Shown: piece by piece, positions 60,552 to 62,705 of the stretch
Layout: every line of letters starts with the position of its first letter
Position numbering within the stretch: position 1 is the first letter of the stretch
Source of the DNA: Myxococcota bacterium
GTDB taxonomy: Bacteria > Myxococcota_A > UBA9042 > PHBI01 > JAWLBL01
Direction of reading: 5' to 3'
DNA length: 62,705 nucleotides
Assembly (NCBI GenBank): GCA_041687695.1
Contig: JAWLBL010000038.1
Span: 1-62,705, forward strand
Translations under genes and position numbers: made by a program
Notes under the pieces: generated by a model
Told to the model about the DNA's origin: nothing
Seen by the model: only the letters and a program-made list of their open reading frames with translations
Database searches by the model: none

Positions 60552-60770
60552 TTGGCTCACCATTGGCTCACCACTACCTGTCTCACCGGTTCAGAAGGTG
60601 ATTGGTGATGGATTGGTGATGAAATCCGACACTTGCTGGCCGAGTCCCCTGGCGCCCAGTCTCTTGGCACGGGAAAGGCCGTGATACCTGCCACGTTAAG
60701 CGGCTTGAAGAAATCGCGAGCACAATAGAGAGGTTGTCATGACCATCGCGAGCACAATAAAGAGGTTGTC

Positions 60771-61745
60771 ATGACCATTCTGATTGCTTGGACGCGCTCT
60801 ACGAGGTCCTATGAAGAGTTGTACTTCGCATCCGATAGCCGGACTCGCGACGGACGCGTCTTTGACAACACTCCTAAACTCATAGCACTGCCAAGGTCCG
60901 ACTGCGCCCTCGGTTATGCCGGATATACCGGCAATGCCTATCCGATGATGCTGCACATATCGAATGCGATGGCAGCATACGGGCCGGTTAGGAATCGGGC
61001 TATGGACCTGACTGAAGTTAAGTCACATCTAGTCAAGGTGATGAATCAAGTCGCCAAAGCAATCACCGACGGTGACCCGGAGGATATGATTCCAGCGGAC
61101 TTCGAATTGCTTTTCGGCGGGTACTCTTGGCTAAAGAAGGCATTCTGCATCTGGACATTACGCTTTGACGCTGGGCGAGGCGGGTTCGCGGCGCATCCGG
61201 CCAAACACGCACTGCTCGCCAAGCCCGGAACCCGAGGCTTGTCCTGGAAGTATCGGGAAACTAAAGAATCCATCGGCATGGTCGCCTTCGCGGGAGATAA
61301 GGCTAAGGATGCCCGCTTGCGGCTTGTTCAGTCAATCGGGAACGGAGATCGCCTGCGCAAGAGAATGGATGGCCGGCGGCGGCTCGATATGGAGCCGTTC
61401 ACGATCATTCGTGACATGCTACTTGATTCAGACGCAGATGACACCATTGGTGGCCCACCGCAACTACTGAAAGTTCACCAGCACCAGAACTGCACGGCTC
61501 ACTCAGTGTTTTGGCCTCCTCGCATTCGGAGTCCTCACAAACTGAAATCGTATCTATTGGGCCGTCCACTTCTGGATTACGAGCATGGAGAGCCATGGAC
61601 GCTTGATGCGTTCTCTTTGCGGCTGTCCCATGCGAACTACTCACCGGCAGCTGTGGGTGAACCAGCAAGGAACTTCACGCGGGGCGTGTTCCTTCGACTG
61701 TTGCACAAGAGGCAGGTGCAGTCCCTGCAGGTCGCTGCGGTCTAA
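60771..61745 (+). CDS. Ntn-hydrolase/proteasome-beta-like protein
   Basis: Met-Thr start, 'YFASDSR', 'PKL', 'GYAG', 'TIGGPPQ'; GAGG RBS. Confidence 0.6.
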   Translation: MTILIAWTRSTRSYEELYFASDSRTRDGRVFDNTPKLIALPRSDCALGYAGYTGNAYPMMLHISNAMAAYGPVRNRAMDLTEVKSHLVKVMNQVAKAITDGDPEDMIPADFELLFGGYSWLKKAFCIWTLRFDAGRGGFAAHPAKHALLAKPGTRGLSWKYRETKESIGMVAFAGDKAKDARLRLVQSIGNGDRLRKRMDGRRRLDMEPFTIIRDMLLDSDADDTIGGPPQLLKVHQHQNCTAHSVFWPPRIRSPHKLKSYLLGRPLLDYEHGEPWTLDAFSLRLSHANYSPAAVGEPARNFTRGVFLRLLHKRQVQSLQVAAV

Positions 61746-61847
61746 GGCGCTAGGGTCTATGCAAGCACTTCCGACACTCGCTAGACGGCAAGATGCAGAA
61801 GCCAGCGACTGCCCTTGCGGTTTCTAGGTTGCTCTGGTTGGCGTTGG

Positions 61848-62077
61848 TCATTCGGCCGGGCCCCAGTTGCGGACTTTTTGGCGGGCGCGGTTGAGGATGG
61901 CGGTATAGTCGGGGCGGAGGGGGGCGACGAGTTGCTTTTCGAGGCTCGCTTCGAGGAGTCAAGGACGCGTTGCTCGGCTGGGTCCTCGAATCGGGAATCG
62001 CCTGCCTTGTGGCTTCGGGCCAACCAGTCGAAGAGGACCAAGGCTTCGCTCTCCGTGAGCTCAAGCGTCACTTTCAT
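61848..62077 (-). pseudogene. Small conserved hypothetical protein with a frameshift at ~61960
   Basis: 'MKVTLELTESEALVLFDWLAR...FEDPAEQRVL' continues in another frame as 'LLEASLEKQLVAPLRPDYTAILNRARQKVR'. Confidence 0.6.
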
Positions 62078-62204
62078 AGGTCCATCGCCTCTTGGGCATC
62101 CGGCGACTTGGGCCGCTTGGGAGATGGCTTTTTGGGCTTGGTGGGACCGGCTTGTTGACGGTGCTCGAAAAGCGCGTCGGAACGGCGAGTAGCGCGGATG
62201 CCGC

Positions 62205-62608
62205 TGTCGTGGCCGGCGAGTAGCGCGGGAGTTCGCCGGTCTGGCCGGCGAGTAGTGCGCGGGGGCACCGGCCTGGCCGGCGAGCAACGCGGGAAGCCAC
62301 CGGCCAGGCCGGCGAGTAGGGCGCGGGGTCACCGATATGGCCGGCGAGTGGGCGCGGCGGGTCACCGGACGCTGCTGGTGACCCGCTGCGGCTCACGTTC
62401 GGCGGCGTCGGGCGCGCTCCTGCGCCTCTTTGAGGCGGTAGGAGTCGGCGTCGATCTCGAAGATGTCGGCCTTCTGGACGAGCCGGTCGACGAGGGGGAC
62501 GACGCAGGTGGCGTTCGGGAAGAGCTCGCCCCACTCCTGGAAGGAGCGGTTGGTCGTGACGACGATGCTGCGGCCCAGTTCGTGGCGCCTGTTGACGACC
62601 TCGAAGAG
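62205..62608 (-). mobile_element. istB: Right end of an IS21-family element with the 3' part of istB (62393-62608)
   Basis: '[27 protein letters not shown]...VDRLV...I.ADSYR'; GGCCGGCGAG(T/C) repeats at 32-bp period (62211-62357); TGT terminus at 62205. Confidence 0.8.
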
Positions 62609-62705
62609 TGTCAGGTCCCCCCTTCCCAACCCGGTAGCGGGAGGGTAGGTCCAGAATTGGCGTCCCTCGTCCTGCGCGGCGATACCGAGAGCCGTGGGCG
62701 GGACG
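62609..62705. mobile_element. Probable end of a second IS interrupting istB
   Basis: IstB similarity stops at 62608, where TGTCAGGTCCCC... begins. Confidence 0.45.

Noticed and set aside
55900..60600. Classical integron attC sites
   Set aside because: The palindromes lack RYYYAAC/GTTRRRY ends, and no intI gene is visible.
62205..62360. Regularly spaced repeats as a CRISPR array
   Set aside because: The 32-bp period leaves no room for unique spacers, there are no cas genes, and the repeats sit next to istB as expected for IS21 ends.

Overview
High-GC bacterial window, most consistent with a Myxococcota/deltaproteobacterial genome (inferred from DUF4157 proteins, a double-CXXCG protein and giant TPR proteins). 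It has three zones. (1) 1-22 kb is mixed accessory DNA: an IS end cutting an AAA-ATPase N-terminus, a papain-like/lipoprotein pair, ECF sigma plus trxA, a PQQ sugar dehydrogenase, an internally deleted aac(3), a DUF4157 protein, an XRE-regulated operon, a RES-Xre toxin-antitoxin pair, a SWIM-SNF2 helicase, an mmsA-URC1-URC4-upp uracil-catabolism operon and a tandem ATPase pair. (2) 22-37 kb is core-like: TPR protein, wbpB/D/E-like sugar genes, FadL-like porin, ribBA, tmk, rpoZ, DAG kinase, response regulator and tRNA-Gly(CCC). (3) 37.3-62.7 kb is an island-like region downstream of the tRNA. It holds an unusual biosynthetic operon: a small DNRxxQL(N/D)P-repeat peptide, a deleted epimerase, a GT4-radical SAM/SPASM fusion, a WG-repeat-O-methyltransferase fusion, a His-phosphatase-nucleotidyltransferase fusion and a GT-A-like protein. 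It also has a probable BREX-6 deletion scar, a second DUF4157 protein with an FGE-like lipoprotein, an orphan SitA6/SitI6-like pair, and a lower-GC co-oriented gene array (SAM-domain, WYL-like, Shedu, Ntn-hydrolase) punctuated by GGGGTCA...TGACCCC palindromic elements, ending in nested IS remnants. The best candidates for undescribed systems are the repeat-peptide/rSAM-glycosyltransferase operon (38.9-45.8 kb) and the palindrome-punctuated cassette array (54.3-61.7 kb). All family assignments come from motif recognition by eye; no database searches were run.
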